Shown: positions 18,313-27,390 of the stretch, piece by piece
Layout of the letters: each line of letters begins with the position of its first letter
Numbering within the stretch: position 1 is the first letter of the stretch
Assembly: GCA_963711895.1 (NCBI GenBank)
Contig: CAVQFU010000007.1
Span: 93,406-157,405 of the forward strand
Source of the DNA: an uncultured Acidobacteriota bacterium
Lineage (GTDB): Bacteria > Actinomycetota > Acidimicrobiia > Spongiisociales > ZC4RG35
Direction of reading: 5' to 3'
DNA: 64,000 bases
Notes under the pieces: generated by a model
What the model was told of the DNA's origin: nothing
The model's database searches: none
The model's input: the letters and a program-made list of their open reading frames with translations, nothing else
Translations under genes and position numbers: made by a program

Positions 18313-19494
18313 ATGCATCGACGAATCTCTGTTCTGCTCGTCCTGGCAGTCGTTGCCACCGCCTGCGCACCGGAAGAAGCGGTCGAATCGACCACATCGT
18401 CCTCACGAGGGACAACGACGAGCACCGTCGGTCAAACAACTACCACCGCACCGGCGTTCACCATCGAGAACGCTCCGCCTGAGCTGACCGCGATGATCCA
18501 GGGGTTCTATGCCTACGCTGCGGGCGCTGCAACCCAGGCGCCCCCGGCTCCGGAGGCGGTCCTGGCGGGTATCACGCCGACACCGAGAGCGACACCGATT
18601 GCCGGTGTGGCGTCTGTCGGGACCTTCAAGGGCCAGGGTGTCGCCACCGTAGAGATGAGCGGTGACCTTTTTCTCACGATCAATGACGGCTCCGGTTGGA
18701 GAGTGGTTGGGGGCAACTGGCCAAATCTCTCGCTGCCTGCCTATTACGGACCCACCCCCCGACTGGTGGCCGTGGTGGGTTCGGATGCCAGGCCATGGGA
18801 AGACATGGTGACCGCCAGAGCCGACAGCATCCATTTCGTCGGGCTCGATGGTGCCGGGCAGGGTGGGATCGTGGGTGTGCCCAGGGACTCCTGGGTCCCA
18901 CTCGCGGGCGGCGGCCGCAACAAGATCAACGCGGTTCTGTCCGACTACGGGGTCGAGGGGATGATGCAGACGTTCCGGGATCTCAGCGGCCTCCCGCTGG
19001 AGGGATACGTCCTCACCGGCTTCCTGGGTTTCCAGGAGATGCTGGGGAATGTGCTCGGAGGCATCGATCTGGTCGTTCCCTATGCCATGAGCGATTCGGC
19101 CTCGGGCGCCGATTTCGAGGCGGGCGCGCAGTACGTGAACGGGCCGGAGGCACTCGCCTTCTCCCGGGCCCGAAAGTCGCTTCCCAACGGTGACTTCAGT
19201 CGCTCGGCCAATCAAGGCCTGGTGCTGATCGATTCCGCCAAGAACCTTCGGACCAAAGGCTACGGGGCCATCCCGCGTCTCATGGAACTGTCAGAAGGGT
19301 GGATGATGACCGATCTCAGCGCGGAACAGTTGCTCACCTTCGCCTCGCTCGTCATCGGGTCGAATCTGGACACGATGCCGAACATGGTGACGCCGGGATC
19401 GAGCGGCACGGCAGGCAGTGCGAGCGTGGTCTATATCTCCGATTCGGTTTCCGCGCTTTGGGCGGATCTGGCCGACGGCCGATTGGGCAGCTGA
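18313..19494 (+). CDS. LCP family (LytR-CpsA-Psr) cell-envelope phosphotransferase, lipoprotein
   Basis: Signal peptide with VVATAC lipobox. LCP core VPRDSWVPLAGGGRNKINAV and ALAFSRARK...GDFSRSANQ. Confidence 0.7.
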   Translation: MHRRISVLLVLAVVATACAPEEAVESTTSSSRGTTTSTVGQTTTTAPAFTIENAPPELTAMIQGFYAYAAGAATQAPPAPEAVLAGITPTPRATPIAGVASVGTFKGQGVATVEMSGDLFLTINDGSGWRVVGGNWPNLSLPAYYGPTPRLVAVVGSDARPWEDMVTARADSIHFVGLDGAGQGGIVGVPRDSWVPLAGGGRNKINAVLSDYGVEGMMQTFRDLSGLPLEGYVLTGFLGFQEMLGNVLGGIDLVVPYAMSDSASGADFEAGAQYVNGPEALAFSRARKSLPNGDFSRSANQGLVLIDSAKNLRTKGYGAIPRLMELSEGWMMTDLSAEQLLTFASLVIGSNLDTMPNMVTPGSSGTAGSASVVYISDSVSALWADLADGRLGS

Positions 19495-19503
19495 ACTCAG
19501 CCG

Positions 19504-19788
19504 TCAGCGAGAGTCGGCGCCCTCCGGCCCGCTCGGCGAATCCTCGAAGAGACGAAGGTCGATCACTTCCTGGTGATCCCGGAAATGCTCCCAGCAAGGG
19601 TCGCAGAATCGCACGCGCCACGTGATGGCACGGCCCGAATGACCCACCACGTACTCACCGCGGTCGGCTTCCCCGCCGTGCTCGCAGTTGGCAGTCAGTT
19701 CGCCGATCAGGGCGTTGCCCACCACCGAGGCGACGACGCTTCCCGAGCCTCGCACCAATGTGACCTTGGTATCAACAGCAGCCATCAC
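19504..19788 (-). CDS. Hypothetical small Cys-containing protein
   Basis: 94-aa ORF with CEHGG...FCDPCWEHF (possible metal-binding). No clear RBS. Confidence 0.3.
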   Translation of the reverse strand: MMAAVDTKVTLVRGSGSVVASVVGNALIGELTANCEHGGEADRGEYVVGHSGRAITWRVRFCDPCWEHFRDHQEVIDLRLFEDSPSGPEGADSR

Positions 19789-19886
19789 ACATATTCAGTC
19801 GGCATATAGGTCCAGCGACCCAAGCGACTTCTGCGAAGTTTTTCGACGGTTTGGTTCCGCCTGGCCCTGGTTAGCGTGCGCTACCC

Positions 19887-20567
19887 ATGGACCGACCGAT
19901 CCGTCTGATGACCGCCAACCTCCTGGCGGGCCGTGCCGATCTCACGCATCTCGCAGGGGTTCTCCACCGGCTCGAGCCCCACATCCTCCTAACCCAGGAA
20001 TTGGGTCACGACGCAGCGGAGATGATCGGCGCCCGCTTCCCCCATCATGATCTGAGACCGAGCGAGGGTTCCCGCGGGCGAGGCATCGCCAGCAGGCTGA
20101 CTGCGGACTTCGGTGAGATCCCTCTCCCCTGGCGGCCAGGGCTCTGGGTTCAGGTGCACGATGGATCGAGGCCGTTCCTCGTCGCCAACATCCACATGCG
20201 GAACCCGATCGTCTTCCCATGGTGGCGGTCGGTTCGAATCAGGAGCGAGCAGCTCGAGGCGTTGTTCGCCTGGGCGGATGAGTCTGCCAACGGAGGAGCG
20301 CCGTTCGTCCTGGCAGGCGACATGAATGCGTCACCCGCCTGGCCGGTTTACAAGGAGTTGGCGGGTCGGTGGGACGACCTGGTGGCGGACCACGCGGCGG
20401 AGTCTGGTGAGGAGACGAACCCGACATGGGCCTGGCGCCCGCGGTGGCCGCGTCTGCTCCGCATCGACCACGTTTTTGGGACTGGAGCGAGAGTGGTGTC
20501 CACTGAGGTGGAGCCGATGCGCGGATCCGATCATGCCGCCGTAGTCGTCGATCTCGTGTTCGACTGA
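19887..20567 (+). CDS. Endonuclease/exonuclease/phosphatase (EEP) family protein
   Basis: LRLMTANL...ILLTQEL...LAGDMNA...GSDHAAVVVDL motifs of EEP fold. Confidence 0.75.
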   Translation: MDRPIRLMTANLLAGRADLTHLAGVLHRLEPHILLTQELGHDAAEMIGARFPHHDLRPSEGSRGRGIASRLTADFGEIPLPWRPGLWVQVHDGSRPFLVANIHMRNPIVFPWWRSVRIRSEQLEALFAWADESANGGAPFVLAGDMNASPAWPVYKELAGRWDDLVADHAAESGEETNPTWAWRPRWPRLLRIDHVFGTGARVVSTEVEPMRGSDHAAVVVDLVFD

Positions 20568-20694
20568 CGGTTTCTGTCCCGCCCTGTGTCGTATCTCGGC
20601 CCCAGCGTGACTGGGTCGCCTGACCTATGGCCTGCTGCTCGCCCGACGCCAGCCTGTCCGACGGGTTGGCCCTCGAGGGGAGGCTTGTTCAAAT

Positions 20695-20925
20695 ATGCGC
20701 GACATGAGTCGCAAGTTGCGGCAGAGTCGCTGTCGTCATCGCACCACCGTTTCCGTCCACACGATGGGCTTCGAACGAGTGGTATGTGAATCGTGCGGGA
20801 AGGTCGACGTCCACCTCCCCGATGGCGGCGGACGGATCGGGACCGAAGTCGACCGAGCTGCCTTCGCACGACCCTCCGATATCGAGTCAGACACGTCTCT
20901 AGGTCGTCACCGATTGGGCGAGTAG
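20695..20925 (+). CDS. Hypothetical zinc-ribbon-like small protein
   Basis: 76-aa ORF with C-x-H...CESCGK. GGAGG 10 nt upstream of ATG. Lower GC than surroundings. Confidence 0.3.
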   Translation: MRDMSRKLRQSRCRHRTTVSVHTMGFERVVCESCGKVDVHLPDGGGRIGTEVDRAAFARPSDIESDTSLGRHRLGE

Positions 20926-20931
20926 CCCGGC

Positions 20932-23229
20932 TCAGGCTTGGAGGGCGGCCTCCAGGACGTCACCCGCAGTGTCGGCGATGGTGAAGGTCATCTCGTCCCG
21001 GACCTTTTCCGGCACGTCGTCGAGGTCGGCCTCATTGCGACGAGGGACGATGACTTCCTTGAGCCCGGCCCGGTGGGCGGCGAGCACCTTCTGCTTGACC
21101 CCCCCGATCGGCAGCACCTTGCCCTGAAGCGTGATCTCGCCCGTCATGCCGACGGTGTCCTTGACCTTTCGCCCGGTGAGCAGCGACACCAGGGCGGTGA
21201 GCATCGCCACGCCTGCCGATGGCCCATCCTTGGGGATGGCGCCGGCGGGGACATGGACGTGGTAACGCTTGGTCAGGGCAGTCGGTTCGATGCCCAGCTC
21301 GTCGGCGTGCGCCTCGACATAGGAGAGGGCGATTCGGGCGGACTCCTTCATCACGTCGCCGAGCTGACCGGTCAAGGTGAGTCCTGGCTCTCCGTCCATG
21401 GCGGTGGCCTCGATGAACAGCACATCTCCTCCGGCGCCGGTGACGGCGAGACCGGTCGCTACACCGGGCACATCGGTACGGTCGGAGGCCTCGTCCTTCC
21501 AGACCTTCGGCTTGCCCAGGTAATCCCTGACTGAATGCTCATCGACCACGACGTGGTCTGCTCCAGATGCTTTGGCGACCTCGGTGGCCACCTTGCGGGC
21601 GAGCTTGCCCAGCTCTCGCTCCAGGTTCCTGACACCCGCCTCTCGGGTATACCTGTCGACCACGGCAGCCAAGGCACCCTCGGTGACCTCCAGCTCCTCG
21701 GGCTCGAGCCCGGTTGCGCGCAGCTGCCGGGGTAGGAGGTGGTCACGGGCGATCTCCACCTTCTCGGCGTCGGTGTACCCGTCGATGCTGATCACCTCGG
21801 TCCGGTCCAACAGCGGGCCGGGGATGGTCTCCAACACGTTGGCGGTTCCGATGAAGAGAACCTGGGAGAGGTCGAGATCGACTTCGAGGTAGTGGTCGCG
21901 GAAGGTGTGGTTCTGGGCAGGATCAAGGACCTCGAGCAGGGCTGACGACGGATCGCCCCGCCAGTCGGCCCCGACCTTGTCCATCTCGTCGAGCAGGAAC
22001 ACCGGGTTCATGGTCTCCGCCTCGGTGAGAGCACGGGCGATCCGCCCGGGACGTGCCCCGACATAGGTCCGGCGATGCCCGCGGATCTCGGCTTCGTCCC
22101 TCACCCCACCGAGGGCGACACGCACGAACTTGCGGCCCAGGGCTCGGGCGACCGATTCACCGAGTGACGTCTTGCCGACGCCGGGAGGGCCAACGAGGAG
22201 GAGGATGGTCCCTGTGTTGCGATCGTCGCCGTCGGTCAGGCCGCGCTCGGCGCGGAGCTTTCGCACAGCGAGGTGCTCGATGATCCGCTCTTTCACGTCG
22301 ACGAGACCGGTGTGATCGGCGTCGAGGACGGTCCAGGCCTCGTCCAGATCGAGCCGATCTTCGGACGAGACGCCCCAGGGCAGGTCGAACATGGTGTCCA
22401 ACCACGTGCGGATCCAGGAATGCTCCGGGGACTGTTCGCTCATTCGCTCCAGGCGGCCTATTTCCCGCTCGATGGACTCGGCGACCTTTTCGGGGAGCTC
22501 TCGTTCGCCCAACTTCGCCCGATACTCGGAAGCGACGTCGGCGTCTTCGCCCAACTCCTTGCGAATGGCTTCCATCTGCTGACGGAGGATGTAGTCCTTC
22601 TGCCCTTTCTCGATCTGCTCGGTCGCCTCGTCTCGCACCTTGCGCCGGAGCTCGAGATCGGCCAGGACTTCACGCATCCAGACCAGGAGCTTGCCGAGCC
22701 GTTGGCGGATGTCGAGGGCCTCGAGGAGCTCCACTTTCTGCTCGAGGGAGAGGTCGGGCGAGTAGACGGCGAGGTCGGCGAGACGCGACGGGTTGTCCAC
22801 GTCGAGTAGTCGCTCGGCCACGCCGGCCATGCCCCGGTTCTCCAATACTGCGATTACAACGGCCCGGTATTCGGCGACGAGGGCGTCGAGCTCGTCATCG
22901 ATGATGTCGACTTCGGGGGAAGACTCGGCGTCGACCCACAGAGCACCGGTCTCGTCGACGGAGCCGGCACCGACTCGCGCCCGGGCAACACCGGACACGA
23001 CGATGTTGCCCTCACTGTCAGCCTCCTGGATTTCGGCAATGGTCCCGACTGCGGCATAGCGCCCTTCAAGGCGAGGGACCAGGAGTAGTCGTCCGTCAGC
23101 TTTGGATGCGGCGGCAATAGCGGTCCGGCCCTCTTCGGTCTCGATCCGGATGGTCACCACCATGTGCGGGAAGACCACACCGTTGGGGAGGGGGAGGACG
23201 GGGAGGGTCAGTTGGGCGGTCTCGGGCAT
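20932..23229 (-). CDS. lon: ATP-dependent Lon protease (endopeptidase La)
   Basis: LON N-domain, Walker A GPPGVGKTS, Walker B, S16 protease domain with PKDGPSAG. Start taken at MPETAQLTLPVLPL. Confidence 0.9.
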   Translation of the reverse strand: MPETAQLTLPVLPLPNGVVFPHMVVTIRIETEEGRTAIAAASKADGRLLLVPRLEGRYAAVGTIAEIQEADSEGNIVVSGVARARVGAGSVDETGALWVDAESSPEVDIIDDELDALVAEYRAVVIAVLENRGMAGVAERLLDVDNPSRLADLAVYSPDLSLEQKVELLEALDIRQRLGKLLVWMREVLADLELRRKVRDEATEQIEKGQKDYILRQQMEAIRKELGEDADVASEYRAKLGERELPEKVAESIEREIGRLERMSEQSPEHSWIRTWLDTMFDLPWGVSSEDRLDLDEAWTVLDADHTGLVDVKERIIEHLAVRKLRAERGLTDGDDRNTGTILLLVGPPGVGKTSLGESVARALGRKFVRVALGGVRDEAEIRGHRRTYVGARPGRIARALTEAETMNPVFLLDEMDKVGADWRGDPSSALLEVLDPAQNHTFRDHYLEVDLDLSQVLFIGTANVLETIPGPLLDRTEVISIDGYTDAEKVEIARDHLLPRQLRATGLEPEELEVTEGALAAVVDRYTREAGVRNLERELGKLARKVATEVAKASGADHVVVDEHSVRDYLGKPKVWKDEASDRTDVPGVATGLAVTGAGGDVLFIEATAMDGEPGLTLTGQLGDVMKESARIALSYVEAHADELGIEPTALTKRYHVHVPAGAIPKDGPSAGVAMLTALVSLLTGRKVKDTVGMTGEITLQGKVLPIGGVKQKVLAAHRAGLKEVIVPRRNEADLDDVPEKVRDEMTFTIADTAGDVLEAALQA

Positions 23230-23415
23230 TAGCCGGTATTCCTTTGAGTCTCGAGTGGAAACCCCTGCAACACACATCCCCGGCGCGCTATTCCGAGATC
23301 TGAGTCGATCTTGCTCAGGTTTGGTCAGCTTCGTCGCGTTAACCGCATTCCGTCAGATCCTTCCCATAGCATGCAGAATGGAAGTGCAGTCAGCGGTGCT
23401 GAGAGGGGAAGGACC

Positions 23416-23733
23416 ATGACGAGCCACGCCAGAGAAGCGGAGTTGTATGCTCGGCTCCAGGAAGTTCTCGGATCGCAACCGGCCGAGACGTTGATGACCA
23501 TGCTGCCAACCACGGATCAATACACCACAAAGGCCGATCTGGCCGATCTGGCCACCAAGGCCGACCTCAGTGATCTTCGGATCGAAATGAAAACCGAGCT
23601 CACTGAGCTCAAGCAGGACATGCGGGAGCTGCGTGGCGAATTGAGTCAGTTCGTGCGTACGTTCATCGTGGCTCAGGCCACGGCCATGGTTGGTCTGACC
23701 GGCATCTTCATCGGGGTCACCAAGCTGCTCTGA
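23416..23733 (+). CDS. Hypothetical tail-anchored coiled-coil protein
   Basis: Coiled-coil heptads (ADLADLATKADLSDLRIEMKTELTELKQDM) followed by a C-terminal TM helix. Start taken at MTSHARE. Confidence 0.45.
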   Translation: MTSHAREAELYARLQEVLGSQPAETLMTMLPTTDQYTTKADLADLATKADLSDLRIEMKTELTELKQDMRELRGELSQFVRTFIVAQATAMVGLTGIFIGVTKLL

Positions 23734-23735
23734 TC

Positions 23736-24566
23736 TCAGAGCCCGGTGGTGTCGGAGTCGACGGCTCCCCGCTCGCCATTGTCCATCGTGGAGAGCGCCA
23801 GCATCTCCTCCTCGCCGAGCGAGAAATCGAACACGTCCAGGTTCGGGGCGAGACGCTCGCGTCGGGCGGTCTTCGGGATCGGGATCAGCCCGAGTTGGAG
23901 ATGCCAGCGAAGCACGACCTGTGCCGGCGTTCGGCCCCGGGCACGTGCCATATCGGCAATGATCGGGTCGCCGAGCAGACCACCGCCTTTCCCGATCGGC
24001 GCCCACGACTCGGTAACGATGCCGTGCTTGCCGTGAAACTCCCTCTCGGCTTCCCGCGACACCCAGGGATTGAGCTGGATTTGATTGACGTGGGGGACAA
24101 CCCCGGTCTCGTCGATGAGTTGATGCAGGTGCGAGGGCTTGAAGTTGGAGACTCCGATCGCCCTGACCTTTTCCTGTTCCAACAACTCGATCATCCCCCG
24201 CCAAGCGTCGACAAACCTCCCCAGAGCCGGATTGGGCCAGTGGATCAGGAACAGGTCGAGGTAGTCGAGCCCGAGACGTTTGCGACTGATCGCGAACGCT
24301 TCCTGGGATTCCTGGTACCCGTGCCACCGCTGGCTGAGCTTCGTCGTGACGAATACCTCCTCGCGCTCGATTCCACTTGCCCGTATTCCCCGCCCCACTC
24401 CCTCCTCGTTCCGATACATCTCGGCGGTGTCGATCAGCCGGTACCCGGCATCAATGGCAGAGGCCACCATCTTCTCGGCATCGCGATCAGGGATGGGCCA
24501 TGTCCCATATCCGATGACGGGCATGGCCACACCGTTGGAGAGGTCGACCTGCTCTTCGGCGCTCAT
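23736..24566 (-). CDS. Aldo/keto reductase (2,5-diketo-D-gluconate reductase-like)
   Basis: LSNGVAMPVIGYGTW, IDTAEMYRNE, AKR C-terminal LQLGLIPIPKT motifs. Confidence 0.8.
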   Translation of the reverse strand: MSAEEQVDLSNGVAMPVIGYGTWPIPDRDAEKMVASAIDAGYRLIDTAEMYRNEEGVGRGIRASGIEREEVFVTTKLSQRWHGYQESQEAFAISRKRLGLDYLDLFLIHWPNPALGRFVDAWRGMIELLEQEKVRAIGVSNFKPSHLHQLIDETGVVPHVNQIQLNPWVSREAEREFHGKHGIVTESWAPIGKGGGLLGDPIIADMARARGRTPAQVVLRWHLQLGLIPIPKTARRERLAPNLDVFDFSLGEEEMLALSTMDNGERGAVDSDTTGL

Positions 24567-24599
24567 GAATCGAACCGGACCCTTCTCCACGTCGTATAG

Positions 24600-25118
24600 G
24601 TGTTGCCCCAACTCAGGAGGAGTTTGGTGAAGACAAGGTATCTGATCGCCGTGCTGGCCGTGCTCGCCATGGTCGTCTCGGCATGTGATGGAGCAGACGA
24701 CACGACGACAACGGCGGCGGCCGAGCCGACGACCACGGGTGGCGCCGAGACCGAAGGCCCGGCCTCCGCCCCGGCATCATTGACTGCTGATGCACAGGAA
24801 TCGGACGGCACGACGATCGTCATCGCCTCGGTGACCCTGCCTTCCGCCGGGTTCATTGCGATCCATGGCGATGCCGAAGGCGAACCCGGGCCCGTGGTCG
24901 GTCACTCCGATCTCCTGCCCGCTGGAGACTCGACGGATGTCACCGTCACGCTCGACGAACCTTTGGCCGAGTCCGGCACGTTGTGGCCGATGGTCCACAT
25001 CGACATCAACGAAAACGGGGAGTACGAGTTCTTCCCGCCCGACGAGACGATCGACACACCGGGCATGGATGATGCGGGCGGGGTCGCGGTGATACCGGTG
25101 GAGATGACAGTCGGCTGA
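24600..25118 (+). CDS. Hypothetical secreted lipoprotein (start possibly GTG at about 24630)
   Basis: Signal peptide plus lipobox (VSAC), Thr-rich linker, then a ~100-aa beta-rich domain. First gene of a putative copper-related cluster. Confidence 0.5.
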   Translation: MLPQLRRSLVKTRYLIAVLAVLAMVVSACDGADDTTTTAAAEPTTTGGAETEGPASAPASLTADAQESDGTTIVIASVTLPSAGFIAIHGDAEGEPGPVVGHSDLLPAGDSTDVTVTLDEPLAESGTLWPMVHIDINENGEYEFFPPDETIDTPGMDDAGGVAVIPVEMTVG

Positions 25119-26527
25119 TGCATTCTCGGCAGAGCCGGTTGTTTGTGAAGAGGCCCGGCGATGCCGGGCCTCTTCACTTGAAGCTGCTTCTCGTGCCACT
25201 GCTCATCCTTGTCCCGGTGTTGGCCGCCGCGGCTCATGGCCTGGAATTCGAGGTGGTGGTCGAGGCGGTGAGTCGATCGGAGAGCCCCGGAGCGATCTCC
25301 TACGGGATCGTTCTCACCTTCGCCGATGGGCATGAGGTCACCGATGCGGCGGTGACTGTGACTGCTCTAGGGGAGGGTGGCGGGCCCGCGGTGGAGACGA
25401 CGGCCCCGATGACCACGCCAGGTGTCTATATCGCCGATCTCACCCTTGCCGAAGGCTCCTGGCAGATGAGCATCGACATCGTGACCGGCGACTCGGAGGG
25501 GACCATCGAGTTCACAGAGGTTGTCAGCGGCACTCCAATGGCCCAGCCCGTGGTGCGGGTCGATACCGCAGATCCTGGGCGGGAGGGCGATGTCGTTGCG
25601 CAATCCTCCGTGTTCCAGCCTTCGGCCGCTCCGGCGGATGGCCCGGTGACCGATATCGATCTGAGAGTGGAGGCTCTGGTGCGCGATGCGGTTGCGCCCC
25701 TGCTCATCGAGTACGGAGTCGCAACCGGGGTCACTGACGCGATCGTGTCGATTTCAGCCCTGTCGGAGGGCTCACAGGTGCTCGGCCCTCTGCCTCTTAC
25801 CCAGTCGGCCGACGGCATCTTCGAGGGTGTCCTCGAGTATCCCGATGGTGGAGTCTGGGAGGTCAGCGTCGGTGTGGAAGGAACTGGCGGGGGTACTGCC
25901 ACGTTCGCCGAGAACTTGCCCTGGCCCCACTACACCACCGAGGCCGGGTCGCCCAAGATCAAGGTCGACACTGCCGATCCGTCCCTCGAAGGAACATTGA
26001 TCGACCTGAGCGAGTCACCGATCTTCGGGGAGGCGGGACCGGCGGCCACCGTTCCGGCCGCGACGACGGTTCCCCATGGCGGCGAGGTGGTGGTGTCCAT
26101 CCCATCCTCCGACTCCGAGATCGGATTCCAGGTGATGCTTCGCTGGACTCATCTGGTCGGGATTGGCGCCTGGGCGGCAGGGATCGCCGCCATCGGACTC
26201 GGTCGCACGCAGGGGATGTGGGCGGTGTTGGCGATTACGGGCATGGTGGCAACCATCGCCACCGGCATCGCCCTCGCCTTGTGGGGAGCGCCAACCGATT
26301 TCCCCGGTATCTTCGACTGGTCGGAGTTGGGCGGCAGGCCCTATGGAGCCGCTTATCAGTCGGCGTACCTGATCAAGATGGCATTTGTCCTGACAGCAGT
26401 CATCGCCACATCGATGCTCATAGCCAAGAGCGGGCGTGGTCGTCTTGCCGTAGCGGCAGGTGGCATGTTGGGGGCCCTGGCCGCCGTCGTGGTGATGGCC
26501 CAGCTTCATGTCTTCGCCCATTTATGA
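25118..26527 (+). CDS. Putative copper-handling membrane protein: extracellular CopC/YtkA-like repeats plus C-terminal 4-TM CopD-like domain
   Basis: Signal peptide ending AAAHG (CopC-like mature His). Repeated beta-sandwich units (VVRVDTADPGREG / KIKVDTADPSLEG). C-terminal about 150 aa with four predicted TM helices. Confidence 0.45.
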   Translation: MHSRQSRLFVKRPGDAGPLHLKLLLVPLLILVPVLAAAAHGLEFEVVVEAVSRSESPGAISYGIVLTFADGHEVTDAAVTVTALGEGGGPAVETTAPMTTPGVYIADLTLAEGSWQMSIDIVTGDSEGTIEFTEVVSGTPMAQPVVRVDTADPGREGDVVAQSSVFQPSAAPADGPVTDIDLRVEALVRDAVAPLLIEYGVATGVTDAIVSISALSEGSQVLGPLPLTQSADGIFEGVLEYPDGGVWEVSVGVEGTGGGTATFAENLPWPHYTTEAGSPKIKVDTADPSLEGTLIDLSESPIFGEAGPAATVPAATTVPHGGEVVVSIPSSDSEIGFQVMLRWTHLVGIGAWAAGIAAIGLGRTQGMWAVLAITGMVATIATGIALALWGAPTDFPGIFDWSELGGRPYGAAYQSAYLIKMAFVLTAVIATSMLIAKSGRGRLAVAAGGMLGALAAVVVMAQLHVFAHL

Positions 26528-26586
26528 GCCGCGAACCCAACAGCGCCGGGGCACGTAATGCACCGACAAGCGAATAAGGAGCATCC

Positions 26587-26931
26587 GTGAAACGTGTTCT
26601 CGTCCTGGGGTTGGTTCTGGCCTTGTTGCTGACGGCGTGTAGCGGGGAGAGCACCGACTCGACCGAATCCGCGGGAGGCGAGGAGCAGAGGGTCGAGATC
26701 GCCGATCAAGCCTTCGACCCGGACACGCTGACCGTGGCCGTGGGCACCACAGTCACCTGGGTCAGCGCCGACCCGAATCTTCCCCACACCTCCAACTCGG
26801 AAGACGAGGTTTGGTTTTCGGGAACCCTCAACGAAGGCGACGACTTCTCGTACACCTTCGAGGAGGCAGGCACTTTTGCCTATTTCTGCGAGGTACACCC
26901 CTCGATGACTGGAACCATCGTCGTCGAGTGA
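26587..26931 (+). CDS. Cupredoxin (blue copper protein, plastocyanin/amicyanin-like) lipoprotein
   Basis: GTG start with AAGGAG RBS. Lipobox LLTAC. Copper ligand pattern H...YFCEVHPSMTG (His, Cys, His, Met). Confidence 0.75.
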   Translation: MKRVLVLGLVLALLLTACSGESTDSTESAGGEEQRVEIADQAFDPDTLTVAVGTTVTWVSADPNLPHTSNSEDEVWFSGTLNEGDDFSYTFEEAGTFAYFCEVHPSMTGTIVVE

Positions 26932-26962
26932 GCGGGGGAATCCCCCGGCCTATCCTCCGCCA

Positions 26963-27355
26963 ATGGATTGGAAGATAGAGCTCGTTGGGATTCCCGTCTC
27001 GGATGTGGAGCGGGCCAAGGCCTTCTACACCGAGCAGGTCGGGTTCGTCCTCGACCACGATCACAAGATCAGCGATGACCTCCGCTTCATCCAACTGACT
27101 CCACCGGGATCGGCGTGCTCGATCACCATCGGCGTCGGCGTGATCGATACGCCTCCGGGGTCGGTTCAAGGGGTACAGATGGTCGTTTCCGATGTCCAAG
27201 CAGCACACGACGAGCTCGCGGGCAGGGGAGTCGAGGTGAGCGACGTCCAGCACTTCGACTGGGGCGATTTCGTCTTCTTCAGCGACCCCGACGGCAACGG
27301 CTGGGCGGTACAGCAGCTGCCCTCGTGGAGGTCGGGCGGCCCGGGGGGTAGCTGA
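26963..27355 (+). CDS. VOC family protein (glyoxalase/bleomycin-resistance fold)
   Basis: 130 aa; IELVGIPVSDVERAKAFYTEQVGF typical VOC N-terminus. Confidence 0.75.
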   Translation: MDWKIELVGIPVSDVERAKAFYTEQVGFVLDHDHKISDDLRFIQLTPPGSACSITIGVGVIDTPPGSVQGVQMVVSDVQAAHDELAGRGVEVSDVQHFDWGDFVFFSDPDGNGWAVQQLPSWRSGGPGGS

Positions 27356-27390
27356 GGAGGACATTTCCCTACGAGGGCAGTATTGGGGGT

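Noticed and set aside
26932-26949. Terminator after the cupredoxin gene (CGGGGG-AAT-CCCCCG)
   Set aside because: Short 6-bp stem with a 3-nt loop and no U-tract; too weak to call.
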